A stretch of 64,000 nt of DNA. Origin: Candidatus Rifleibacteriota bacterium. Its GTDB lineage: Bacteria > Muiribacteriota > Ozemobacteria > Ozemobacterales > Ozemobacteraceae. How positions within the stretch are numbered: the stretch's first letter is position 1; each line of letters opens with the position of its first letter. The notes beneath the pieces are model-generated. The model saw only the letters and a list, made by a program, of their open reading frames with translations. It was not told where the DNA came from and searched no databases. Position numbers and translations under genes: made by a program. The stretch covers positions 42,650 to 106,649 of the forward strand of contig JAAYNI010000046.1 of NCBI GenBank assembly GCA_012520995.1, given 5' to 3'. Positions 29,159 through 38,631 of this stretch are shown here, piece by piece.

Positions 29159-29812
29159 ATGGATAAAAAAAGCCTAATTATAACAGGATTTGTAACAGCT
29201 TTTCTTACACTTCTCTTTTTAATTGGGCTTTTTATCATAGTTCCTGGTCTAGACCAACCTTCGAAAGAAGAAATAGAACATATAGAATCAGTTCTTCAAA
29301 GATACGATGGCATCGCAAAGGCTTTCATAGAAGAAAATCCTAACAGCAGAGAAGCAATCGAATTAAAAGCAACAATTAAAACCTATGAAAGATACGAAAA
29401 GCTCATAAAAGAAGCTGGAATACCTTTGCAGTCGTTGCCTTCAAATTCAAATACTGTCTCTGCAAATACAAATAAAACTTTGTTCGATGAGCCTTTTATC
29501 CCTAGCTCTTCCCATCCCGACTATCTGAAAGCTTTATCTCTCTTCAAGGAACAGAAATATGCGGGAGCCTTGGAGCTCTTCAGCCAAATAATGAAAGAAG
29601 CTCCTGACAGCAAAGAAGCTCTCTATTCTGAATATGCAATAGCTTACATATATTTTCGCACCAAAGACTTCAAAACAGCTCAAAAACTCTTCAAAACCTT
29701 GGCTGAAAAAGATCCATACGGCCACGTAGGTCAAAGCTCTTCGAATGCGGTCAAATATTTGGCAAATCTCGACAAACACGAAGACAACCTGCATTTTCCT
29801 ATAGAAAGATAA
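29159..29812 (+). CDS. Membrane-anchored TPR-like protein (hypothetical)
   Basis: N-terminal TM helix and C-terminal TPR-like helices (ALSLFKEQKYAGALELFSQI...). Confidence 0.45.
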   Translation: MDKKSLIITGFVTAFLTLLFLIGLFIIVPGLDQPSKEEIEHIESVLQRYDGIAKAFIEENPNSREAIELKATIKTYERYEKLIKEAGIPLQSLPSNSNTVSANTNKTLFDEPFIPSSSHPDYLKALSLFKEQKYAGALELFSQIMKEAPDSKEALYSEYAIAYIYFRTKDFKTAQKLFKTLAEKDPYGHVGQSSSNAVKYLANLDKHEDNLHFPIER

Positions 29813-29840
29813 TAAAAGGCGAAATTAAGGAGACTAAACT

Positions 29841-30311
29841 GTGAAGAGACAAGTAAACGCTTTTACACTCCTTGAAGTAATGATAGCCGCCTTCATTTTG
29901 GCAGCAACGCTCATCCCCGTTCTTTCTGTCTTTTCTGCAAGCAACAAGCAAACTGAAAGAAGCGCAATAACTTTAGAAGTAGCCGTAACCGCACAAGACT
30001 TGCTGGATGAAATTCGTCGTTCTAATATTTTGCGAAGTTCCTCTTTACCGATGAAAATAGAACTTCCTTCTGATATGTATCCGCAATTCCCAATATCAGA
30101 AAGAATTGCAAAGAAATATCAAGGCAAAGTTGTGATAACAATTTCAAATCCTGCAGGGCATACAGATCTGAGAGGAAAAAAAGAAGAGGACCTAATAGAG
30201 ATCATGGTTAAAGTAGACTGGACAGAAGGAGAAATGACGCCTTCATACACAGCAAGAGCCTATGTGACCCTGCTGGGTCAGCATTTAATAACCACAACGA
30301 GCGTGCCATAA
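29841..30311 (+). CDS. Prepilin-type pseudopilin/minor pilin
   Basis: GTG start with an AAGGAGA ribosome-binding site. N-terminus MKRQVNAFTLLEVMIAAFILAATLIP has the class III signal FTLLEV. Confidence 0.65.
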   Translation: MKRQVNAFTLLEVMIAAFILAATLIPVLSVFSASNKQTERSAITLEVAVTAQDLLDEIRRSNILRSSSLPMKIELPSDMYPQFPISERIAKKYQGKVVITISNPAGHTDLRGKKEEDLIEIMVKVDWTEGEMTPSYTARAYVTLLGQHLITTTSVP

Positions 30312-30949
30312 TGAAATCAACCCGCATTAAATCAGTAAGTTCCAAACAGTCGGCTTACACTCTTATGGAAGCTTTAATTGCAGTAGCCATCGCTTCCATA
30401 ATAAGCCTTACGATATTTGCCGCACTGCGAACCAGTCTTGCGAATGTCGCTTTAGGACAAAAAAAACTTAGAACAACTGAAAAGATACAGGCTATAACTA
30501 AATCGATTTTTTTCGATCTGAAGCGCACAGGCCTCTTAGCTCACGGATTTAACATTTCAGGAGAGACAAGAGGCAAATTCACTCCTCATAATGTCCTATT
30601 GCTCAAGTTCCCCGAAGAACCCTCAGACAATCTCCAAATGATTAACACATCCCCAGGACAAGGCAAAGGCACAACGACAGTCTACCTTCTCATAGACGAA
30701 CCGAATTCTCAATTGTCTTCATTGGTACGTATAAGCAAATCCGGTCCCATTATTCGCAGAATTACCAAGGTTGCAAACGCAATTAAAGACTTCAGGGTCC
30801 ATGCTGATCCTTACAACAAAAACAAAGTAAGAATCACCATGACAGTTTATGATAGCCTAGAACCAACTAGAAGCGAAAAATTAGATTTCAGCGTTCATCT
30901 GGATTCCGACCTTGTGCGTGCAAAACAGTATATTCTCGTAAAAGGATAA
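30311..30949 (+). CDS. Prepilin-type minor pilin-like protein
   Basis: N-terminus ...SAYTLMEALIAVAIASIISLTIFAAL, with a pilin-like hydrophobic helix after a T-L-M-E-A motif. Start codon abuts the upstream stop. Confidence 0.55.
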   Translation: MKSTRIKSVSSKQSAYTLMEALIAVAIASIISLTIFAALRTSLANVALGQKKLRTTEKIQAITKSIFFDLKRTGLLAHGFNISGETRGKFTPHNVLLLKFPEEPSDNLQMINTSPGQGKGTTTVYLLIDEPNSQLSSLVRISKSGPIIRRITKVANAIKDFRVHADPYNKNKVRITMTVYDSLEPTRSEKLDFSVHLDSDLVRAKQYILVKG

Positions 30950-30951
30950 AC

Positions 30952-31479
30952 ATGCAATATTTCAACAAAAACAAAGGCTATATAATGTTTACAGTGATAA
31001 TGTGCATAGTTTGTCTTGCAATATTTGCAGCCGGTTACTTTTATTATTCTGGAAGCATAAACACCAGAGTCTTTTCTGAAGCCCATAAAATCAAGGCTGT
31101 CAATTACGCCAAAGCAGGTTTGGAGAAAGCAAAGCTTGACATATACAACAGCTACTCCATGGGAATATATGATGTCTCCACAGAAAGCGGCAAGCTGATC
31201 AAGAATCGGGCTGGCTCAAACGAATACAAATTCGAGTTTCCTGACGGCGGATACGAAATAATATCTATTAAGGCACAAACTATGATGGTTCCCGAAAAGC
31301 CTGGCAGCTCCAAAATGGTGGAAGCTCCCGTAGCAGATATTGAGCGCACCTCAAAAGGAGAACCATCTGGCACATACGATATATGGATTATAGAAACTCG
31401 AGGTTATACTAAAAGGCCTTCTGCAAAAATAAAGCTGAGAACTTTATTGAAAATTTACAGGGATAAAAACTTTTTTTAA
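30952..31479 (+). CDS. Small membrane-anchored protein in the pilin operon (PilX-like position)
   Basis: Single N-terminal TM (MFTVIMCIVCLAIFAAGYFYY); co-directional and tightly packed with the pilins. Confidence 0.4.
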   Translation: MQYFNKNKGYIMFTVIMCIVCLAIFAAGYFYYSGSINTRVFSEAHKIKAVNYAKAGLEKAKLDIYNSYSMGIYDVSTESGKLIKNRAGSNEYKFEFPDGGYEIISIKAQTMMVPEKPGSSKMVEAPVADIERTSKGEPSGTYDIWIIETRGYTKRPSAKIKLRTLLKIYRDKNFF

Positions 31480-31505
31480 TTAAAAATATCAGGAGATATC
31501 TCACA

Positions 31506-32801
31506 ATGACATGCTGTACATGGCTGAATAAAAAATACAGCCAACTTTGTCTCTGCGTTGCCTTTTTTTTCATGAGCTCCCCTATGATACTCAATGCCCA
31601 AGCCGTACCTTCTGAACCTCCTTCAAACATAGTGCCCCTGGAAAGTGCCATTTTCACTACTCTTAGACCTTTAAGTGACCTAAACGAGGACGGATACACG
31701 GAACTTTTAGCCGGCGGCGTTGACGGCAACCTGAAATTGATTTCCGTAAATCCCAAGGAAACAGGTGAATACCTAGACTTTCCAAAGTGGCCACAATTTT
31801 TGGATGCTCCCTTAACAGGAGGTATTAAAACTATAGGAAAAGGTCACAAAACAGTCATAGTTGCTACCACATCGGGAGAATCGCAATATTTTTTCAACCG
31901 GAATGGCAGAAACATTTGCAATATGCAATTTCAGAAAACTCCTGGTTCTGAATGGCAAGTATATGAAACCGGAGAAGGCTCAGTCAATATGACCATTCCT
32001 GGTAAAGACCATATACATGTAGTCTCAGTATCCGATGGAAACGTTGCCTGTTTTGAACCGATAAAAGCCAAAGAACCTCCTATCGGAGACTCCATACTGA
32101 TACCCGGAGGACTTTTAGGTTACAAAACAAAAAATGGAAGAGTCTACGTAACCGACATGGAGGGAAATCCTCTAAAAGGCTGGCCAAAGACCACAAGTTC
32201 CAGCAACGACAGTTGGGGTTACAATATGGGCTCAGCAGACGTAGCCGGCGATGGCGGCTCGGTAATTTATACCACTACTGCCAGCAACCAATTTATAATG
32301 TGGGATCTTGAAGGCAATGAACTAAAAAAATTCAACATAAGTTCGCCCGCTTTTCCGGCACCCACTTTTGAAGACGTTGACGGTAATGGAATTACCGATG
32401 TAATAATTGCCCAAAAAAGTGGAGAAGTCATGGTTTGCAACTTAGACGGAAAACCTCTAAAAGGCTGGCCTTACAGGGGTTCCGGTTCAATACTTCACCA
32501 GCCCAAATTCATAGACATAGACGGAGACGGCCACAAAGACTTGGTGTTTGTGACCTCCCGACAAGGAGGACAAGGACGTTTGGTAGCTCTGGATCGTAAC
32601 GGCAAAACTCTATCCGGCTACCCTAAAGATCTTGGACAAACCTATAGCAATCCAGTATTTTCAGATATAAACAATGATGGATATATGGAGATTATCTTGG
32701 CCTCCATCAAGAACGAAGAGCCCCATATACATGTTTTCCCCACAAAGGCAAAAAGCAGAATCAGGATGGTAACTCTAGGACATGAGCTCGTGCTTGAATA
32801 A
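31506..32801 (+). CDS. Secreted FG-GAP-repeat beta-propeller protein
   Basis: Signal peptide. Repeated Ca-binding-like loops DLNEDGYTELLAGG, DVDGNGITDVIIA, DIDGDGHKDLVFV, DINNDGYMEIILA and a recurring PLKGWP motif. AGGAGA ribosome-binding site. Confidence 0.6.
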   Translation: MTCCTWLNKKYSQLCLCVAFFFMSSPMILNAQAVPSEPPSNIVPLESAIFTTLRPLSDLNEDGYTELLAGGVDGNLKLISVNPKETGEYLDFPKWPQFLDAPLTGGIKTIGKGHKTVIVATTSGESQYFFNRNGRNICNMQFQKTPGSEWQVYETGEGSVNMTIPGKDHIHVVSVSDGNVACFEPIKAKEPPIGDSILIPGGLLGYKTKNGRVYVTDMEGNPLKGWPKTTSSSNDSWGYNMGSADVAGDGGSVIYTTTASNQFIMWDLEGNELKKFNISSPAFPAPTFEDVDGNGITDVIIAQKSGEVMVCNLDGKPLKGWPYRGSGSILHQPKFIDIDGDGHKDLVFVTSRQGGQGRLVALDRNGKTLSGYPKDLGQTYSNPVFSDINNDGYMEIILASIKNEEPHIHVFPTKAKSRIRMVTLGHELVLE

Positions 32802-34200
32802 AAAACTTTTAACAATCTGTTTTTTTTTCCTGCTGATATGTTCAGTTCTCTTGGCAAGAGTTGAAGAAACCGCATCATTTCTGAAAGCAGGCCAATTGGC
32901 TTTTCTTCGTGGCGATTATAATGCAGCCGAAATAGAATTTTCAAACATACTTTTAATTGATCCTGAAAATTTTGAAGGCCGTATTTGGCTTGCTAAAGTA
33001 TACTTGGCTCAAAAAAATCTCACAGGTGCTTCAAAACTCCTATCTGAAGCCTCAAAACAAGCTCCGGCTCACTTCATGATTGTAAAGCTTCAAGATGAGC
33101 TCAGAGCTGAAGAAACAGATGAAAGCCTTTCCGGTATTGACCCGATGATGGAAGAGCGGCTCAGCCTTTTAAAAAATGACATTCCTGTCCGCAGATACGG
33201 TTTGGTAATACCCGAACAAAACATTCATATTCCAAGAGAAGAAACAAAAGACGTTCAATCACTTTTAGCAATTTTAAACGACACATACGAAGAGACATCT
33301 CCAATTGAATCTATAGACAATGAAGTTCTCCTAGATAAGCCAAGTGACTTTCAGAACCATTTTTCAATAAGCAAAAGAGAAAGCGGCAATCCATTAGAAA
33401 AAGTATTCGCAACTCTTGAGAGCAAAGGTATGAATGCGGCTCTGGATCTCTATGTCGAAATGGCTATAAACGACCCGAAAACGGGCACTTACTCCGACAG
33501 AGGCTTTTTACAAAGAGCCTCAGCTCTCTATCAGCAAAGAATGCGAGCCAACCCCTACGACTTGGAAGCCCAGTATTATTGCGCAGCCGCTAAATATTTT
33601 GACGGGCTCCATGACGATGCAGGAAAAATCATAAAAATGTTGAATCAGAGACCCTACGAGCCCAGAAAAAAAGAAATAGACTACATATCGAACAAGCTGG
33701 AGAGTTATTTTCGAAGCATAGCATCCTACAACAGACAGCAAGAACAAAGCAGAAGCGCGGCTGAAGCAAAAAAAGCATCTGAGGCAAAAGCAGCTGCAAA
33801 ACCAGATGGACAAGAGAAGTTTTGGAAAAAGCTGGAAGAAAAAAGAAGACTTGAAATCAACGAGCAGACAACAAAAGAGTCTCAATTTCTGCACGATGAC
33901 GGCTTTAAGCTTTATAAACAAGGCAGACTGGATGAAGCTATAAAAAAATACCGGCAAGCCTTGGAAATCAGCCCAAATAATCCGGAATTTAACTATCACT
34001 TGGGATTAGCGCTTTCTGACAAAGCCTTATCAGGAGAGTCCGTTTACTTCACACAAGCTCTGGAAGCTTTTAATAGAGCAGCTTTAGCCGATCCTTCTTC
34101 AAAGTATGCAAAAGATGCAAAGAAAATGGTCAATAATATAGAAGAAATGCAAGCCATATTAGAAGATCCTCATGGAGAAAAATACGATTCAGATTTTTAA
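32782..34200 (+). CDS. Secreted TPR-repeat protein
   Basis: Signal peptide MSSCLNKKLLTICFFFLLICSVLLA; TPR-like repeats at both ends. Confidence 0.55.
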   Translation: MSSCLNKKLLTICFFFLLICSVLLARVEETASFLKAGQLAFLRGDYNAAEIEFSNILLIDPENFEGRIWLAKVYLAQKNLTGASKLLSEASKQAPAHFMIVKLQDELRAEETDESLSGIDPMMEERLSLLKNDIPVRRYGLVIPEQNIHIPREETKDVQSLLAILNDTYEETSPIESIDNEVLLDKPSDFQNHFSISKRESGNPLEKVFATLESKGMNAALDLYVEMAINDPKTGTYSDRGFLQRASALYQQRMRANPYDLEAQYYCAAAKYFDGLHDDAGKIIKMLNQRPYEPRKKEIDYISNKLESYFRSIASYNRQQEQSRSAAEAKKASEAKAAAKPDGQEKFWKKLEEKRRLEINEQTTKESQFLHDDGFKLYKQGRLDEAIKKYRQALEISPNNPEFNYHLGLALSDKALSGESVYFTQALEAFNRAALADPSSKYAKDAKKMVNNIEEMQAILEDPHGEKYDSDF

Positions 34201-34248
34201 TACTAAATGTGATATTTTAAGACTGAAAAGAAGAACGGAGACAAAAAT

Positions 34249-34983
34249 ATGGAAAACATCAATCAATCCGGCATTGAGCTTGCTAATGACTCCTCACTGC
34301 TCCATGGAACCGTAACTGAACTTTTGCCAACGCTTCCATTTGATTTTTTTTCATATTTAAAAAAAGAGTACATAGATGAAGAAGAAGGAATAGATGAAGT
34401 AACTATCAGTTGCGCCTTCAGCCGAATAAATGAACCCGTTGACTGGAACAATATAAAAAGCTTTATAATGATGCCAGAATGGGGAACAACTCCTCTTAGG
34501 CGTTCTTGGATTGTACGAGTGCCCACTTATTACAAAGGCTCAGACAAATTTCTTTTCCACTACTATTTTCAAATCAAATATGCAGACGGCAAAGAAATAT
34601 TAAGTGAAAACTATACTCAGCTGATAACAGCCAAAGAATTCGAATATATAGACCACACATCCAGCCTCACAAATATTACTCTTCACTGGAGCCTGAATGA
34701 CTGGTCTTATCCCCAAGATACTCCGATGGAAGCTGAAGGCATAGATTGGGAAAATGAATGTTCTATCAGCCGTTCACCTTATAAAGCAGGTGACAAACTC
34801 TATCGAGAAGCCAGGCGTTTAAAAATTGAAAAGTTACCTCATCCCAGGCGCTTCAAAACAATCATAGCCGTTCCCTCAAAAGAAACAGTGAACTATTGTT
34901 TCAAGCTGGAAGGTTACAAAGAAGGAGAGCCATTTACCAAATGGGACAACAATGAAGGCAAAAACTTTCTTGTTCGCCTCTGA
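34249..34983 (+). CDS. Hypothetical protein
   Basis: 244 aa with no clear family. The C-terminal ...EPFTKWDNNEGKNFLV is loosely like the end of starch/glycogen-binding modules; that is speculative. Confidence 0.35.
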   Translation: MENINQSGIELANDSSLLHGTVTELLPTLPFDFFSYLKKEYIDEEEGIDEVTISCAFSRINEPVDWNNIKSFIMMPEWGTTPLRRSWIVRVPTYYKGSDKFLFHYYFQIKYADGKEILSENYTQLITAKEFEYIDHTSSLTNITLHWSLNDWSYPQDTPMEAEGIDWENECSISRSPYKAGDKLYREARRLKIEKLPHPRRFKTIIAVPSKETVNYCFKLEGYKEGEPFTKWDNNEGKNFLVRL

Positions 34984-35072
34984 TTTGCCACTAAACATTG
35001 AAAAATATACTCTGACGTTGTATTTTGGTATATTCTTGGACTTTCAACACTATCCACTTAAGGAGCTTTAAC

Positions 35073-36152
35073 ATGACCAAGGTTCTAATGAAAGGCAACG
35101 AAGCCATAGGAGAAGCAGCCATACTTGCGGGTTGCAGGCATTATTTCGGTCACCCGATGCCCCCCCAATCCGAGCTTCTTGCTTATCTAGCCAAGCGACT
35201 CCCCGAAGTAAACGGAGTATTTTTGCAAGCAGAAAACGAAACTGCGGCGATCCATATGACATATGGCGCAGGCAGTGCAGGTGCCAGAGTCATGACATCA
35301 AGTTCCAGCCCAGGAATGAGCCTTTTTCAAGAAGGTATTTCTCATATGGCAGGTGCTGAAATTCCCTGCGTTATAGCAGATATCATGAGAGGCGGTCCAG
35401 GTCTTGGCAATGTCTCCGCTGCACAAGCCGACTACTGGCAAGCAGTCAAATGCGGAGGTCACGGCGACTACAGAACTATAGTTTTTGCGCCGGCATCTGT
35501 TCAAGAAATGATAGATATGACTATAAGTGCTTTTGACTATGCTGACCGTTACAGAAATCCAGTGGTTATTCTTGCGGACGGCGTATTGGCACAGATGATG
35601 GAACCGGTTACTCTGCCGGCTCCGACAGATCATACTCCTGACAGCAAAAAATGGGCCTTAGGCAACAACTTCAAAGAAAAAAAGTCAGGAAACTATTCAA
35701 CTTCCATTTTCAAAGCTAAAGAAGAGCTGGAAGAACACAACTGGGGACTCTACCAAAAATATCAGGTTATTTCCGATCACTTCCGAAAAGACAAACCGGA
35801 ACTGACTTACGAAGAATATCTCTGCGAAGATGCGGACATCATACTGACAGGATATGGAATAATAGCCAGAGTCCTACAGACAGTTGTTGAAAAATGCCGC
35901 AAGAGAGGTATTAAAGCAGGTTTACTCAGACCAAAAACTCTCTGGCCATTCCCAGTTGAAGCTTTCCAGCAATATGCTGAAACAGCTTCAATGTTTTTAG
36001 CAGTAGAAATGTCTTGCGGACAAATGGTGGAAGACGTAAAACTGGCTCTTAACGGAAAAAAACCGGTATACTTCTTCGGCCGTGCAGGCGGTTCTGTCCC
36101 GTCAGACTTCGAAATCTTCAACGAAGTCGACAAATTGGCAGGAAGAAATTGA
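35073..36152 (+). CDS. korA: 2-oxoacid:ferredoxin oxidoreductase alpha subunit
   Basis: Start at the ATG at 35073 (AAGGAG ribosome-binding site). MTSSSSPGMSLFQEGISHMAGAEIPCVIADIMRGGPGLGN is the KorA/PorA signature. Confidence 0.8.
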   Translation: MTKVLMKGNEAIGEAAILAGCRHYFGHPMPPQSELLAYLAKRLPEVNGVFLQAENETAAIHMTYGAGSAGARVMTSSSSPGMSLFQEGISHMAGAEIPCVIADIMRGGPGLGNVSAAQADYWQAVKCGGHGDYRTIVFAPASVQEMIDMTISAFDYADRYRNPVVILADGVLAQMMEPVTLPAPTDHTPDSKKWALGNNFKEKKSGNYSTSIFKAKEELEEHNWGLYQKYQVISDHFRKDKPELTYEEYLCEDADIILTGYGIIARVLQTVVEKCRKRGIKAGLLRPKTLWPFPVEAFQQYAETASMFLAVEMSCGQMVEDVKLALNGKKPVYFFGRAGGSVPSDFEIFNEVDKLAGRN

Positions 36153-36162
36153 GGATATAACA

Positions 36163-36915
36163 ATGGCATACGAAAAAGACAACTCCAAAATTCTCTCAGA
36201 AACGGCTTTACACTGCCAAAACAACGATTATAAAATAATCCACGGAATAATAGTGGATACAATTGAAAAACTTAAACTTGAATCCTCTACTATAGGAGTG
36301 GTTTCAGCTGGTTTTTCTGTTTTCATAAAAGAACCCTATCTACCTGACCTGAGCGTAGCTCCCCAAGGCAGAGCTCCTGCGGTCGCAACAGGCATCAAAC
36401 GCGTCAGACCCAACTGCGTGGTTTTCACATGCCAAGAGGATGGCGACTTGGCCTCCAGCGGTCTCTCTGAAATAATTCATGCCGCCAACAGAGGCGAAAA
36501 TATAACAGCAATATTTATCAATCATGCTACTTATTCAACGGCAGATGATCAAATTCCTCTAGGTGAATCACCAGACGAAAAGCCAAGGCTTCTCACCTGC
36601 TCTTTCGGAGCAGCTGATGCCGCCAATCCTCCGAAAATTCCAGAAATCCTCGCAACCTTGGACAAGCCTGTTTACATCACAAGAGTTGCCCTTAACATCG
36701 AAGATAACGTTGAACAAGCCAAAAAAGCTATTTACAATGCTTTTAAACTGCAAAGCGAAAACAAGGGTTTTTCATTTGTCGAAGTTATTTCTCCCAGAGC
36801 TGCAAATGATAATGATGCCATTATAGAAGAGCAGCTTCAGGAATATCACAAAAAAGTTTTGGAGAAATTCCCCGTCAAAACATTCAAAGACACTTACAAC
36901 GTCGATAAACCTTGA
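36163..36915 (+). CDS. korB: 2-oxoacid:ferredoxin oxidoreductase beta-subunit homologue with divergent TPP-binding motif
   Basis: The backbone aligns to KorB/OorB (GRAPAVATGIKRV...HAANRGENITAIFIN). CPGCG is replaced by HCQNND, GGDGD by CQEDGD, and NNQIYGMTGGQ by NHATYSTADDQ. GAGGA ribosome-binding site. Confidence 0.6.
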   Translation: MAYEKDNSKILSETALHCQNNDYKIIHGIIVDTIEKLKLESSTIGVVSAGFSVFIKEPYLPDLSVAPQGRAPAVATGIKRVRPNCVVFTCQEDGDLASSGLSEIIHAANRGENITAIFINHATYSTADDQIPLGESPDEKPRLLTCSFGAADAANPPKIPEILATLDKPVYITRVALNIEDNVEQAKKAIYNAFKLQSENKGFSFVEVISPRAANDNDAIIEEQLQEYHKKVLEKFPVKTFKDTYNVDKP

Positions 36916-36941
36916 ACCGAGGATAAGGAGAAAGAAAAAGA

Positions 36942-37544
36942 ATGTCAGCAAAAGTAGAAAGAATAATTTTGGCGGGCTTCGGCGGACAAGGCGTACTTTT
37001 CTTAGGAAGGCTATTGGCAGAAGCTGCTTTAAAAGCGGATAAAAATGTCTCTTGGGTACCTTCATACGGTTATGAAATTCATACTCCGACAGCAAATTGT
37101 TCCTTAATTATAGCCGAAAATCAGATTGCCTCTCCTATGATTACGGTTCCGGACAGTGTTATTGCTATGAACACTCCATCCCTGAACAAATTCAGTCAAA
37201 AAATAAAAGGCGGCGGCATGCTGATGTACAACTCATCACTTATAGACAGACAAGAGTTCCGAGACGATATACGCTTAGTTGAAATCCCCGCTACCGATAT
37301 GGCTAACGATTTGGGCGATCCTTCTTTGGCCAGCCTAGTTATGGCAGGAGCCTATGCCAAGTTCAGCAATTTGGTTACCTATGAAGGCGTTGAAGAAGCT
37401 TTAAGAAAACTTTTAGAAAAGCAGCGCATAAAAGAAGATGAAATAAATCTCAACATTGAGGCTTTAAAGCAAGGTTTCAAATATGTTGAAGAAACAAGAT
37501 ACATGAGCGGCAGATATGCTCATGCGGTTTTCAGAGGAATATAA
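36942..37544 (+). CDS. korC: 2-oxoacid:ferredoxin oxidoreductase gamma subunit
   Basis: RIILAGFGGQGVLFLGRLLAEAAL...VSWVPSYGYEIHT matches the gamma-subunit (Pyr-flavodoxin/ferredoxin oxidoreductase domain III) fold. Confidence 0.75.
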   Translation: MSAKVERIILAGFGGQGVLFLGRLLAEAALKADKNVSWVPSYGYEIHTPTANCSLIIAENQIASPMITVPDSVIAMNTPSLNKFSQKIKGGGMLMYNSSLIDRQEFRDDIRLVEIPATDMANDLGDPSLASLVMAGAYAKFSNLVTYEGVEEALRKLLEKQRIKEDEINLNIEALKQGFKYVEETRYMSGRYAHAVFRGI

Positions 37545-37550
37545 CAACAA

Positions 37551-37913
37551 ATGCAAAATAACAGCTCTGTGAATAAAGAATTGCCAAAAGCTCTAAGTGA
37601 CATACTAGATATACTGCAAGATAAAAAGGTTGAGGACTTACAGGTTTTGGACGTTTCCAAACTTGTGTCCTACACAGATTATTTCATAATCGGTACCGCG
37701 AATAACACTCCTCACGCTCAAACTCTGATAAACTCAGTTGAAAGATATGTAAAGGTGCCAGGTGTTGGCGGCTTTGACTTGGAAAACGATCCAACAGCAA
37801 GCTGGCTGCTTTTTGACGGCGGCGACTTCATATTGCATATTTTCCAAGCTGAAACAAGAAAGTATTACAATTTGGAAGAGCTTTGGGAAGACGCGAAGCC
37901 AGTTGCAATATGA
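37551..37913 (+). CDS. rsfS: Ribosomal silencing factor RsfS (Iojap)
   Basis: LQVLDVSKLVSYTDYFIIGTANNTPHAQTL...DLENDPTASWLLFDGGDFILHIFQAETRKYYNLEELW. Confidence 0.85.
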   Translation: MQNNSSVNKELPKALSDILDILQDKKVEDLQVLDVSKLVSYTDYFIIGTANNTPHAQTLINSVERYVKVPGVGGFDLENDPTASWLLFDGGDFILHIFQAETRKYYNLEELWEDAKPVAI

Positions 37914-38623
37914 CCAAGCCCGTTTCACACGGCAGGGTTCTTGAAAAAGCGCCTGAAGGCCTTCTGAGTGAAGAAAACAGACACAGACTTATAAATGTTC
38001 TCAGAATGAAACCAGGAGACAGCTTTATTATTACAGACGGTTCGGGTCATGAAGCTGAAGCAGTTCTCCAAGAAAATGCCACTTACACGTCTAACGGCTG
38101 GGAAGAACCTATGCGCGAGCCAGCACTCAAAGCTATTCTTTATGCAGCCGTGACAAAAGGCGACAGGTTTGAGACCCTTATCGAAAAAGCGGTTGAAATG
38201 GGTACAGCCAAAATAGTTCCTGTCATTTCCGAAAGATGCTTGGTAAAACAACCAAATGAAAACAAACTTGACAGATGGCGAAAAATCGCTATATCCGCTA
38301 TGATACAATGTGGCGGCTGCATATTGCCAGAAATAGCCGACCCGGTTTTTTTCGATGAAATACCCGCGCCAGAAAAAGGAGCCAAAGCCTTTCTTTTTCA
38401 CGAGAAACCTCTAGAGCAAAGTATAAATTCTCTCCAAAAAGCAGATACCGAAAGCAAGAAAGTTTACTTGGCAACAGGTCCTGAAGGTGGTTTTACCCAA
38501 GAAGAAGCCGAAAAACTCATAAAGCTTTCGTGGCAACCAATATGGCTTGGCAAAAGACTTTTCAGAGCTGACACAGCACCTATCATCGCTCTGGCTAATC
38601 TTCTTTCTCCATACTGGATTTAA
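37910..38623 (+). CDS. rsmE: 16S rRNA (uracil1498-N3)-methyltransferase
   Basis: ATG at 37910 overlapping the rsfS stop. A PUA-like N-terminus and a C-terminal LATGPEGGFTQEEAEKL...WLGKRLFRADTAPIIALANL knot-type methyltransferase signature. Confidence 0.8.
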   Translation: MTKPVSHGRVLEKAPEGLLSEENRHRLINVLRMKPGDSFIITDGSGHEAEAVLQENATYTSNGWEEPMREPALKAILYAAVTKGDRFETLIEKAVEMGTAKIVPVISERCLVKQPNENKLDRWRKIAISAMIQCGGCILPEIADPVFFDEIPAPEKGAKAFLFHEKPLEQSINSLQKADTESKKVYLATGPEGGFTQEEAEKLIKLSWQPIWLGKRLFRADTAPIIALANLLSPYWI

Positions 38624-38631
38624 AACTGAAT

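Noticed and set aside
33520-33999. 159-aa minus-strand ORF
   Set aside because: Antisense to the TPR gene at 32782-34200. Its Phe/Cys-rich composition is typical of antisense translation of K/E-rich coding sequence.
37925-38401. 158-aa minus-strand ORF
   Set aside because: Fully embedded antisense to rsmE, which has clear family motifs.
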